DNA from: the human T2T-CHM13v2.0 reference genome, Homo sapiens
Direction: 5' to 3' (one strand)
Length of the DNA stretch: 64,000 nucleotides
Assembly (NCBI RefSeq): GCF_009914755.1
Contig: NC_060935.1
The notes beneath the pieces are model-generated. The model saw nothing but the letters and a program-made list of their open reading frames with translations. It did not search any database and was not told the DNA's origin. Position numbers and translations under genes: made by a program. This document shows positions 24,400 to 50,772 of the stretch, one piece after another; positions within the stretch are counted from its first letter, which is position 1, and each line of letters opens with the position of its first letter.

Positions 24400-24560
24400 C
24401 GTTCACAGGCGCGACTGCCCCCGGGGCCAGGGCCGAGGCCGGGGCGGGGCGGGGGCGGGGGCGCGCGGTTCGCCCCGCGCATGGGCTCCGTCCGCGGCGG
24501 GTGCGGCTCGGGTTGCGGGCGCAGGGCACGGGCGGCGGAGACTCGGGCGGGCCTGCGCAC
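24400..24560 (-). other. HRAS: HRAS non-coding exon 1
   Basis: Donor GAACG|GTGAGT at 24400 splices to the acceptor at 23371. The transcription start is approximate. Confidence 0.85.
24440..24534 (+). promoter_or_regulatory. HRAS promoter G-quadruplex motifs hras-2 (24440-24463) and hras-1 (24508-24534)
   Basis: CGGGGCGGGGCGGGGGCGGGGGCG and TCGGGTTGCGGGCGCAGGGCACGGGCG, the known G4/MAZ-Sp1 elements. Confidence 0.85.
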
Positions 24561-25546
24561 GCCCCGCCCCGCGCCCGTCCGTCTGCCAGGCGCGGCCTAC
24601 CATTGGCTGCGCGCCATCGGGCCCCGCCCCACCCCGGTTGGCTGAGCGGCCCGTCTGTCAGGAGCCGCGGTCGGGCGGGGCTTCCGGGAGCAACGCGGGA
24701 GGCGGAGCCAGTAGGGCCGCGGCCTCTCGGGGTTGGGCTTGGCTGGAGACCGGAGCCGAGCTCGGGGTTGCTCGAAGAAGGCCAGGGAGCCGGTGTCTGG
24801 GGGCCCGGGGCGGCATCTCCGAGCAGGGCCCCGGGCTCTCCCGGGAACAGGCCGGCGAGAGAACCCGACTCAGCGGTGCCGGTGCACCAGAGGCCCTCCC
24901 TGCGCCGGCAGCGCGGCGCCGCCCACCGCGGAGGTCCCGGGGCTACGGGCTGGGGAAAGGCTGGGATCCGCCGGGACCAAGGCGGGATGCTCGGAGCTGG
25001 GGGCCCCCGGGTGGCCGCGGGGTCCGGTTGCCCGGCTGCCCTTCCGCGCAGGTGGAGCGGCCGCGCACCCCACCTACCACCACGCACCCCAGCTCCCCTA
25101 CTCCCACCGCAACCCACCCCGAGGACGCTTGCAGCCCCGGTGGGGTTCCGGGCGGCGGGCGCAGCCGTGTGCCCTGGGGCCAGGCGTGAGAACGCCCCCT
25201 CCACCACTCTCCTCTTTCTCGGGCCTGCGTGGCAGGCGACCCTGCCCGCCCAGTCCCCCCAAACTTGAGGTTCCAACGCTGCAGAAGCTCAGCGTGGTCC
25301 AGTTAAACCGTACCCACAAGTTGCCACAGGGGAGCGAAGTGCCCAGGGCTCACCCCAAGCACATAGACGCACATCCTAGCTCTTTCAAACCCAAAAAGAC
25401 ATGTTTTTAACATTTTTTAAAATTGCAAAGGAATCAGAAATACATCCTCATTAAAAAACAAAAAGGGCCGGGCGCGGTGGCTCACGCCTATAATCCCAGC
25501 ACTTCGGGAGGCCTAAGCGGGTGGATTACTTGAGGTCAGGAGTTCA

Positions 25547-25729
<183 letters not shown>

Positions 25730-28019
25730 CTACTTCGTCTCAAAACAAAAAAGGCGTTTTACAGTCAGGCAAACCCTGCCTCTGCCCAGTCCAGCGCCCG
25801 CCTCGCCCTCCTGCGCCGGTCGCTGCTGACCCGGGGCTCCACCCACGTGCGGTCCCGGGGGTCCCGCCTGCCGTCCGTCCACCGCGCGGTCGCAGTCAGA
25901 GCTCGGCTCGGGGCGGACACGCATGAACGCGAGTGAGAAGCGGCGACTGGACGGCGGGCGGCAGCGTGTCCCGCGGGCCGGGCACTCGGGTGCGCTCCGG
26001 CGTCCGGTGTGTGTTTCCTGGTCCTCGGGGGCGCTTCCCCCGGTGCTTCCTTTTGCCGTCGGCCTCACTTCCAACCGAAGGTCAGGACGGCAGGCCTTGG
26101 CCCCAGGGGCGACCCTTCCACCTGGGAAAGGTGGGCGCGAGCCTCCAGCAGAGACCGCCTTTACCCGCCCCGCGTGGGAAGCGCCAGGATCGCGAGGAAA
26201 CGCGACACGTGCATCGCGACGGCCCAGGCACGGAGCCGCAGGAAGCTGGCACCTGACGCGCCTGCGCCCACCCAACTCGAGTTGGTGGCGCGTCACCTTC
26301 CCCTGGGATCGCCCGCAGCAGGGGCGCCCACGCACGTGCCAGTCCACGTGGCCCCGCCCTAGCGACCGTTGCTAAGGGGCGTGGCTCAGCCGCACGGAAC
26401 CCGAGCCCCCGGCGACTTATAAATATTTGCGTATTCAAATGAGGCCTGGCTCCCGTTGCTATGGCGCCCAGGCCGCAACTCCGCGGCGGCCGGAAGAACA
26501 GCCTGGAGTAGGAGACAGCGCCTGGAGGTGGAGGGCGCCCAGGGCCGAGCTGCCAGGGCCGGACACCTAGGCTGAGCCCTCAGGTGAGAGCCGAGCGCAC
26601 CCTTGGGGTGGGAGCCGCAAGCCTCGCCCTATGACCGGTGCCAGGAGGGAACCTGCGCCGAGGCGTGGGCGCGGGGACGAAGCAGCACAGCCATCGGGGA
26701 CCCAGTGATGGCCCCGCATGTCAGATCTGGTCCCCTGAGGACCCTTGCCTCCACCACCCCCTGGCCCTGCACTGAAAGGGCTCCCTGTCAGGAGACAGGA
26801 GGGGCCCCAAGCCCTGCCCCTGAGGGAGACTCAGAGGCAATGACCCAGGGTGCTCAGGGTTCCAGGGTGGGGCTCAGGAGGGGAGCGGGCTCTGCCTTCC
26901 GAGCCCCCATGGTGAAGGGGCGAGGGCAGCAGGGGACCCAGAGGTGATGGCTACCCACCAGGGAATGGCACTAGCAGGGGTGTGGAGACAGGCCCCCCAG
27001 TTACCAATTTGGGGAGCATGGGGGCTTGCAGAGGGGACACAGGGTGGGAGCAGGGCCGTGAAGTGTGTGGATGGGTTCAGGCCTGGGTGAGAACACTAGG
27101 TGCAGTGTCTGAGGTGGGAGTTCAATGGGGTCTTTGGATCCCACAGCCTCCAACCCCTTGCACCCCCAGGCCTTGGGGCTCAGACCAGTCTGATGCTTGG
27201 GGCTCTTGGGCACAGAGGAGACAAGGGTAGCTGACTCAGCCCTTAGTGTCACCCATAGGTGTCCAGGGGCTGCCCGTGACCCCGCCAGCTCACGCCCTCC
27301 ATGAGGCTCGAGGCTGGCAGGCCTGGGATGGAGGTGGCCAGAGTCTTTGGGGGGATGCAGTGTTGGGGTCCTGCTGTGAGGCCTGGGGCCTTGCACTGGC
27401 TGGAGAAAGGCAGGCAGTGGGGGAGATTTGGGCTGGAAACTCCATGAGATTCTGCTTTGGGCTTCACTTCTTTGATCCTTGGTGCATGGTCACCTTCCAG
27501 ACCAGGCCACTGAGGCACCCAGAGCCTGAGCCACTGCCCCGCTCCAACACTCCCACCCACCACCTCTGTCAACAGCCGGCCAACTCGCCTGGCACAGGGG
27601 CAGCTCTAGACGGGATGGAGAGGATGCATCTTCAGTGTCCACACGTGGTCAACAGATAAAAGCCATGGCCAGAACGTTCTAAGTGGCTACATGTGCATCT
27701 GCCTGTTCACGGATTCCTTCGACAAATATTTGAGCATCCCCTCCTGCGACTGTGGACAGCAGAGGAGCACGCAGGCCACGTGCAGGCCACGTGCAGCCCA
27801 CAGCTCTGGGGCGAGGCAGGCCCTCAACCGAACACGTAGTAAGACACACAGGGCTCCGAAGGGAACTCGTCTCATCAGGAAGATAAATCTGGGAAGGCTG
27901 GGTGGGGAGTGCAGTCAAGGGATCAGTCCAGGTCCAGACTGAAGACACATGAAGGTGGTCAGGGAGGAGGACACTGGACGCTCCGAGCACACTTGTCACT
28001 CCACGCCTGGAGCTCATGA

Positions 28020-28671
<652 letters not shown>

Positions 28672-29661
28672 CAGACGTCTGCATCTTTAAGGGGCAACAC
28701 CAGGTAAGCCTGATGCACGTGGTCGAGGGACACACTGGGCTTAGGAAGAATGGGATGCAAGAGAGGGACACACTGGGCCAATACCCTCAGAGGCCTGGGG
28801 AGGGGCTCAGGAAGAACAGGGTGCAAGAGAGGACCCCTGTGGAGAAGGAGGGAAGTGGGATTTGGATGAGCAGCAGGCATTGTGTTGGGGGACCCAGAGG
28901 TACCCCAGCATCGGTCACACACCTGACTCTCTTCCTCCTCGCCAGCTGGGTCCGTGGATAGTCAGGTCCTGGGCTGATCTGTTCACCTCTAGGTGCTGTG
29001 ACCTCAGCCTGGCCCATTCCAGGCTCCCATGGGCACAGTAACCTGGCCAGGAAGCCACTCTGACTCTTGCAGGTACTGCCTGAGGGTACATGCCACCTCC
29101 TTGCCTGGATGTTTGACCCACAGCAGGAGAGGGCGGCTGCCTGCAGGTGAAGGGGCTCGGCTGGCACAGGGCTGGGGTAGGGGAAGGCCTGGGACTTGAT
29201 CCTGGACCCCAGGCTCAGAGACCATCAGGTGGAGAAGGACCCATAGCCCACAGCTTGAGGCAGTGCCGGGAGCCCCACAGCCACCGGCAGCTGGCCCGGC
29301 ACCCCAGGCTCACAGCCCCTGTGGGCCTCAGGTGGGGAGGCCTGAAGCCAGCACTCCCTGCATGGACCCTGAGGATGGGCAGAAACACAGGGAGGGTGTC
29401 CTACGAAGCAGAGGGGGTCGAGCCAAGGCTGGGGGAGGGGAGCGTGAGGCCCTCCAGGCTGGAACTAAGCAGACAAGGGCCCCATGAGGCCCAGCCAAGC
29501 TAGGAGCCTTCTCTAGGCTCGGGGTGGGGGTGGGTGCCAAGGGCTTGCTGTGACGGGGGCGGGGGGTTGAGGGCTGGGCCAGGGTCTCAGCCGGGCTGCA
29601 GAGGAGGAGGAGCAACAGCGTGGAGCTTTGCACTGTGCCTCTGTCAGCAGGTGACATGTGA

Positions 29662-43261
<13,600 letters not shown>

Positions 43262-43879
43262 TATAGCCCCCACTGCCAGGCTTGCCTGTGCTGGGGCCAC
43301 GACTTGCCCACATATGTGGTCACAGAGCACAGAATACCTGGGCGGGTGTGTTGGGGGGTGGAAGGAGTGCCTGGCCCTGGGGAGGACCCTCTTGGTGGAG
43401 GGGAGTGGGGGACTGGGACCAGCCAGGGAGGCAGCAGAGGCTGGAACCCAGTTTAGGCCCCCAACTGGGTTTGGCCTGGGGAGGGAGGGTCCGGCTCCCC
43501 AGCCCTTCCTTAGGGCCAGGCTTTCCCGCGGGCACGGGGGTGGGGGATGGTCACCCGAGCAGGCCTGTGAGAGGCCTCTCCTGCTAGAATTGGGCATGGC
43601 CGAGGGGCAGGGGCTGGAGCTGCGAGTCCACCACTCCCTTGCCGGCCCCAGGGTAAGAGCCACCTCCTAGGCCGCAGTGGCCCAAGGTCCCAGCTGCTCG
43701 CCTGAGGCCGCCGGGGGTGCGGTCCAGGCCTCCCGTCTCCGGGGGATCTGTAGGGTTCCCGCACTGCGATAGGGCGGCCCGTTCCCTCCTCTTGGCGCAG
43801 GACGCCCCGGAACCCAAACCAACATTTCCAGCTCTCAGGTGTACAGAAATGCGGTTTACTTTGTAGGCCACGTTGGTTC

Positions 43880-43885
43880 AATAAA
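43880..43885 (+). terminator. LRRC56: LRRC56 polyadenylation signal AATAAA
   Basis: First AATAAA after the LRRC56 stop codon. Confidence 0.75.
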
Positions 43886-43964
43886 TGATGCAGCGGACAC
43901 AGCCCGCCCAGCCCCGGCGCCCGCCCGCGCCCTCCCTCGCGGTCCCGGCCCCACTCCTCCGCCC

Positions 43965-46900
43965 CTAGGCGCCGCGGCAGGTGTCCGCGGTGACCGGCAG
44001 GCAGCTGAGGAAGCGGAAGCCGAATCTGCTCTCCGCCGTGTTCTGCACCGACAGGGCCACCAGGGGGCAGCTACGGTCCACGCTCTTCCGGCACACCTGG
44101 GGGGCGCGGGGGCTGAGAGGCGCGCGGGGCGGGGCGGGGACGGGAGGGGAGGGGAGGGGAGGAGAGGGGAGGGGCGGGGAGGAGAGCGGAGGGGCGGGGA
44201 GGAGAGCGGAGGGGAGGGGACGAGGAGAAGAGGGGAGGGAGGGGCGGGAGAGGAGAGGAGGAGAACGAGGAGGGAGAGGAGGGGGCGCACCCGCAAGCGC
44301 GCACTCACCCGAACTCGGTGTTCTTTCTGGAGCCGACAGTCCTCCAGGCCCAGCCCGGCCTCTGCGGGAGGCGACGGCAGGGTGGGGTCACCCGGGATGG
44401 CGGGCAGGTGCTGCGGCGCGGGGATCTCGGGGTTCTCGGGCCGCGCAGGCCCCTCCCGCGCGTGGAAGAGCTTCCCCGAGCTCACTGGGGGCAGCAGGCC
44501 CCGCGTCCTGGTGGGGCGAGGGTCGTGAGGGCGGCGGCCGGCCCGGGAAAGGCGGCCCTAGAGGGCTCCGCGCCTGGGGCGGGGCAGGGGCCGCGGGGCG
44601 TACTGGAGGACCAGGGGGCGGCCGGGGCGGGGCCTGGGGAAGTAGGGGGCCGTCCTAGCGAGGGGATACGAGGGACCGTTTCTGCTGGGTCGGGGCCTGG
44701 GGAGGGAGGCCAGATCCCGGGGACCCGCGGTCCCCACCCTGGTCTCCGGCGACTGACCCGGGGCTCCCGCACCCGGCCTTTGCGCAGGGGTCGAGGTGGG
44801 CGCGGCGGCTTGCGGGTGTCGGCGCCGGGCCCGGCCTCAGGGAGCGGGAAGCGGTCGATGGACAAGTCGGTGCCGTCGGCGAAGACCCTCGGGGCCGGAG
44901 TCTCGCGGCGTGGGATCCGGTGCTCACTGAGGACCTGCGGGGCGCGTCGGTCACCCCCACACCCCAGCCCCGGCCGCCCCACCGGGGACCCGCACCGACC
45001 TCGCCCTTGGGGCTCAGGAGCAGCGTCGCGCAGCCGCGGATGGAGAGGAGGGGAACGGGCTCCCGGCTCGAGGACGCGCGCAGCGGCTTCTTGGCGCTGC
45101 GGGTCGCCTCGCCCCAGACCTGGAAGGGCGTGGAGCGGCGGGTGAGGGGCGGCCGGGCCGGGCCGTCGGGGCCGGGCTCCCGGGCCGGGGCGCACCGTGA
45201 CGTGGTGCCGCGGGGCCAGCAGCGTGCCCGGCGGGAAGCGGTACAGGCGCTCCGGGAAGCCGCGCACCAGCTGCTTCAGCACCATGCCGCTCAGGTCGGC
45301 CGTGCTCTCCTGCGACGGGTTGAAGATGCGGACGAACTTCTCCCGGCAGCTCACAGCCACGATCTTCAGGCCTGTCGGGCTGGGAAGAGAGGAGACGCTG
45401 TGAGGAGATGCGGCCGGTCCACCCGCACAGCTGCGCGCCCCGCCCGGAAACCAGCTCCAGCCCGGCGCCGGAGGCTTGGGTCACTCGCCCCTTACCTCTG
45501 CAGGAGTTCCGGGCTCCAGTGGTCGGGGTCTGTGCAGGGCTGGGGCGACAGGACCGGCTCGCCGTGCCTGGGTGAGTGGGTTTTCTGGAGATCTAGAGAG
45601 AGCAGCGCTTTTGGGGAGGGGACCCTCGAATGGAGTCCCCACCGGATGTTCCCCGTGAGGTCAGAACAGGCCTGCAACGCCTGGCGGGGCAGGGAGCAGG
45701 GCCAGGGTCAGATGGGGCAGGAAAGGTGGCTGGACCTTGGGGGCTGGAGGGCCACCTCCAGGGCTCTGAGTGAGATCACAGCTCTGAGGGGGTGGAGGGT
45801 GGGTGAAGGGTAACCAGGGGAGACCCGCCCCACTGCACCTTCTGAGTCCCTGCTGTAGCTCCCGGCCTGCACCAGCGCTTGCTCGGAGGAAGCGCGGTGG
45901 TCCCGGGGCGGGTGCCCTATCACCTGCACGAAGGAAGGCAGGCCCGGCCGGCAGCTGCTGGAGTCGGAGTCAGCGCCCCCTGAGCTGCTGGTGTTCAGAC
46001 AGGGCAGGGAGCCCCACTCCACGGTCTTGTGATGCCGCTCGGAATGCTTTCCAGAGGACTCTGGGCTCCCTGTGTCCAGCTGTGGCCAGGGCCGGGGCTG
46101 CCTGTGGACCACGCTCTGCTTGATGGCCACTCCAGCTCCAGACCCCAGCCCTGCCCCCGTCCAGCCTCACAAGGCAGTGCAGCAGGGAGCCCCTCTTGCC
46201 TCCCAGTACCCAGGCTCAGTTCATGGCAGGACAGTGATGGCTGCCTCAACCCCAACGCATTCTACAGATCAGAGAACGCGCATTGGAAGGTTTAAGAGAC
46301 TTATCCAGGGACACTAAATGGTCCTTTAGTGTCCTGCGTCTTCACCTGCCAAGGTGAGCCCTCCCTTCTGGCCCCTGGGGAGTCCCTGCTCTGTGCAGTT
46401 ACTTTTGCTTTGAGCTGGGCTCCATGTTGGTGAAGAGGTTGGGATACCGGCGGGCAACGCTGTTCCAATCCACGTCCTCCAGCCGAAAGCCCTGGCCAGG
46501 AAGCAAGAGGCACATGGTCCTCCCCTCCCGCAGGGCTCCAGATACCAGACCACACACGTGGGAGGCCTAGCTCACCTCCCCGGTGGGGGCCTGAATGTTT
46601 TCAGAGAGGTCGCTTGGGTCCATCAGAGTCTCTGCCGTCACTACCTGCAAGAGGGGACCGGAAGCCAGTGGGCAGGGGCTGGGTGCTCCCCTACAGCACC
46701 TCTCCTCTTTGACCTCACCTGTGCTTTGAGGCCTCCTGATTCCTCCCTGCTGGAGCCCAGAGTTCCAGAGGCACCTGAGCAGGGCAGGCTTCCAGGCAGG
46801 CCAGGGCGCCCCAGCAGAGGCACCCGACGAGATGGGGAGGGCTGGGGAGGGCAGCCTGGGGCAGGAGGGCTTGGGGGACAGGCTCACCTCCACACTGCCA

Positions 46901-49720
46901 GTCTGGGATCGTAGCATGCGGCCCACCCACGAGGAGCGGGCCAGCTGCAGGAGGCAGGACTTCTGCAAGTTCTGCAGCTCGGCCTCCATCTCCTGGAGCG
47001 TGCGGGTGGTCTGCAGCAGCCGCTCCTCCAGGTGCTCCTTCTCCTGCTCCGAGAGGGCCTGTGGTTGGTGGTGGGGGGGTGTCTTCTGCAGAAGGCCCCC
47101 AGGCCAGCCCCAGCCTGGCTCCCCAACACCAGGACCCTGCCCACTCCCTGTGCCCCTGCCTCACCCACTGGGCTCGCTCCTTCTGTTCCTTCAACTCCTG
47201 GATCAGCTTCTGGACCTGGTTCTGCAGGAGTTTCTCCTGACTGTGGGAGCTCCTGGAGGAGGGGTGACCTCAGCAGCCCCCACCCTGCTCAGGCAGGGGT
47301 TCCTAATGTCAGGTCAGTGGCGAAGGAGGGGAGAAGGAGGGGCTCCACTGCCACCTTGGCCCCAAGGGCACACAGTACAGCCCCGCTGGGGCTGGCCAGC
47401 CTCCGGCTGGTCTGGACAAGGGTCTAGCACCCATCCACATGCGCAGGGTTAGGGTGGAGGCTATAGCGTGTTAACTTAGGATCAGGGTGGAGGGTCAGCG
47501 CGGGCAAGGATGAGGGTAAGGATCTGCCTCAGCGGTTGGGGTTGGGGTCAGACAGAAACCAGGAGTCCGGGCGAGGACAGGGCGGGGTTGGGTTGGGCTG
47601 GGGACTGTGCTGCAGACCTCTTGGGCGGAAGCCCCGCCACCTCTTCCAGGATGTGGCAGAGCCGGGCGTCCTCGCCATTCTGGATGGCCCACCGCAAGGC
47701 CTGGATCTCCAGTTCTCGCTGTCTCCACAGCAGCCGCAGTGTGCGAGGGTCCAGGGACTCAAGAGCCAACCTGCAGCGGCAGCAGACCCTGCTGCTTACT
47801 CAGGCCGGCCCCTGGCCACCTGGCCCAGGAGGCTCACCAGTCCTCCCTCTCCTCCTTACTGCGGGTCGGCAGAGCAGACCACCGGTGTGGGGTGGGGCGT
47901 GGTGTCTGGCAGGCACGTGGGAGTCTCGGGGGCTGCAGGTGCGCCTGCTGGAGGTCCCAGGTGACCACTGACCGACTCTTGCTCTGTGGGGGACAGGAGA
48001 GCCTCTTCCTCGGTTTCTTTAACCTCCTGGCCAGACTTGGGGGCCATTCTCAATGTTCTTCGGGAGCTGGGAGGGGTGGGGGGCCCGTCTGCCGTGTGCG
48101 CCTCGTGTGGCCACACAGGTTGGAGCAGCCCAGGCGTCACCACTTACTCACAGAGCGTTGCTCTCTGAAGGGACCCACATGTGGGTGTCCACACCCGTGT
48201 GTTTCTGACCAGGCTGGCGCAGCAGGTCACCACCCGACATGTCCCTGGCGTGTACCCCTGCCACCCAGGTGCTGGCCCTTTGCCTGTGATGTGGTGTCCC
48301 TCTTTCTCTCTCTTGTCCCCCCAGCTCAGGGCCCTACCCCCAGCACTCACCTGAGGCCCGACCTCCAAGCAGGCCTGGGAGGGAAGGGCTGTATACCGTT
48401 GCCATGGATACCAGCACCCAGAAGGGGTGGGGCTGTTTGTTACCAGGAGCCTCCAGGGAGACCCCAGACCAGGCCCCTAGGTGAGTTCTGGGCCAGCCCA
48501 GCCTGGAGGAGGTGTGAGAGGCTGAGCCACTGCTCAGCTTAGCGGGGGGACCACTTAGTGACCAACACCCTGAGGGAGGCCCCAGCATCCCCTACCTAGC
48601 CTGGCAGCAGCAGCGGGATAAATAGGGGGGCACTGCTGCCTGTGAGCCAGCCCAGCATAGCCATGGGTGTGTGGGGGAAGCAGACAGGTAACAGTGACAA
48701 GCTGGGGACTGTGCTGAACGCTAACTGGCAATAGTACACTCCTGCCCACAGCCTGTTTTTAAATTAATAATTAATTCTTTAGAGACAGGGTCTTGCTCCG
48801 CTGTCCAGGCTGGAATGCTTCGGTGTGATGACAGCGCACGTTAACCTCGAATTCCTGGGCTCAGGTGATCCTCCCACTTCCGCCTCCTGACTTGCTGAAA
48901 CTACAGGCACCCGCCTCCACCGCCAGGCCCAGCCCACAGCTCCTTTGACCTCAGTGACAGGCACTCACCTACCTGACCCCCAAACTGAAGCCTCACTTTT
49001 CCCAGCCGTGTCCACACCCTCTGGGCTACCCCATTACCATGACAAGTATTCCCTCTGCTCCAGGAGAAAAGCCAGGTCCCAGACCTGACCCATTAAAACC
49101 CAATCATTCCAGCTTTCACCCTTCATCTCTGCAACTTTCGGCTATGTAAGGGCTCCCTGGGGGAGCACAGGAGACAGGCGGGCAGGAGGCCCACGCCCAC
49201 AACTCTTTCTGAGCTGGGCAGAACAATCAATGGCCCACACAGCTGACCGCGAGGCTGCGGGGCCCTGGGCGGGACAGTAGGGTAGGGGGTGAAGGAGCGG
49301 CTTCCAGCCAGCTTCACTGTGTGCATGGCCTGGCACTGGGTCCAAAAGGGGCAGGAAGGTGTCGGAGAAGAGCCTCAGCTAGAGTCCGGGCCTTCTGAGC
49401 GGGCACCTCCCGCACCAGGACTCTGCGCCCGCCAGCTCCGCAGGGCTCCACCTCCCTCGCCGGGACTGGTGACCCTGCGACCCCGCGACCCCTGCGCGTC
49501 CAGACTACTGCAGCTGCGGTAGGCCCCAAAGGCTGGCCCGGGAAGCGAGGGGAGGGGCTGGCCCCGCTGCCCCTGGACGCAGGCGGGGGTTGCGGGATCT
49601 CAAGCCAGAGACCCTTCCTGGGCGGGAACCCGCCACACTAGAAGGCTGCTGAGGAAGTCGGCCCAGGAGCGGGGCCAGACACCTACCCCGACGCCTGCCC
49701 GCGGGCCGCAGCCACCGCAT
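43965..49720 (-). CDS. LMNTD2: Lamin tail domain-containing protein 2 (C11orf35), 634 aa
   Basis: complement(join(43965..44096,44309..44507,44738..44934,45000..45119,45196..45379,45496..45592,45839..46101,46403..46491,46576..46644,46888..47043,47165..47252,47618..47770,47860..47983,49687..49720)) = 1905 nt, open frame. Reads MRWLRPAGRRREQESV..., a coiled coil, the LTD (LKIVAVSCREKFVRIFN...DLSGMVL...YRFPPGTLL...VTVWG) ...TCRGA*. Confidence 0.96.
44125..44285. repeat. GA-rich low-complexity (GGAGG/GGAGA) tract in an LMNTD2 intron
   Basis: Nearly pure polypurine on the + strand. Confidence 0.85.
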
Positions 49721-49990
49721 TTCCGCGTTTTTCGCGGTAGGCGGGAGGTGGGGGCGGGGACTGCGGCTCGGCGCCCCCCTCCGACCCGCCCACACCTGTA
49801 GTCTCGGGGGGGGCGGGGCGCGGCGACGAGCCAATGGGTCGGGGAGGGGCGTGACAGAGGCAGCCAATGGGCGCGGGGAGGGGGCGGAACGCCCGCGCTG
49901 AGCAGCCAATAGGGGTGCTAGGGGCGGGGCGTGCGGACCGCGGGCCAATGGGGGCGCGGGGCCCGGGTGCGCCGCGGCGCTGGGGGCGGC
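49720..49990. promoter_or_regulatory. Bidirectional LMNTD2/RASSF7 promoter with four CCAAT boxes and GC boxes
   Basis: CCAAT near 49832, 49864, 49906 and 49945, interleaved with GGGGCGGGG boxes in a CpG island. The RASSF7 non-coding exon 1 donor CCAG|GTGAGC is at 50037. Confidence 0.85.
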
Positions 49991-50772
49991 AGGTTGCGGC
50001 GGCGCCGGAGCGGGTCTCCAGGCTGGCGAGCGCCCAGGTGAGCCGCGCCGGGTCCCCGGTACTTGGGAGCGCGGGGCGCGCCTCGAGCCGGCCGGACGCC
50101 GACTCCAACTGGGGAGAGTTTTCCGCGATGCCCGGACGGAGAGCGGGGGCGGCGCCGCACCTGCGCCCGCCCTGCGGAACGGGGACGCCCTGGCTCCCGC
50201 CAGGCTGGGGTCGCGGCGCGGGCTTCGGTGCCCGCGGCGGGGACCGGGACTTTCGGGGCGAGCGCAGCGATTAGGCGGCAGCGGCGGGGCTCCCCGGGCT
50301 GGCGGGGGCTGCTCAGACCCGGAGTCTGCTCCATCTGCAGGGTCGAGGTCTGGGTTGCGACCCCGAGCGCCTCTGCGGCCTGAGCAGGTCGGGGTGGGGC
50401 GTTCCCATGCCGGCGGCCGCGGGGCCTGGCGTGCGGGCGCCTCCGCGCCGCCCGGGGAGGGGGCAGTGTCCTCCGAGCCAGGTGAGGCGAGTAGGAAATG
50501 CTGGATCTGGTTAATGATTCGCCTTGTTCCGGGAGTGCGAGCGTGGCAAGAGGAAGCTGGTGAAGTGGGGGAGGATGCGTGCTCCGGAGGGCCGCCACCC
50601 CAGGAATGTGTGGCTGGCGGGTGGGGCTGGCACAGGAGGGTGGGGCCCGTGCGGAGGGGCGGCAGCCCAGCCGTTTCTAGGGCAGGCCAAGAGGATGAGG
50701 AGAGGAGGACCAGCCTGCGATAGGAGTAGGCAGGTCCTGACCCGGTGCCTGCGCCCTCCCCACAGGACAGGC

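Noticed and set aside
28720-28835. Short imperfect direct repeats (gggct.aggaagaa..g..tgcaagagagg)
   Set aside because: Only two diverged copies with no recognisable motif, most likely a local duplication.
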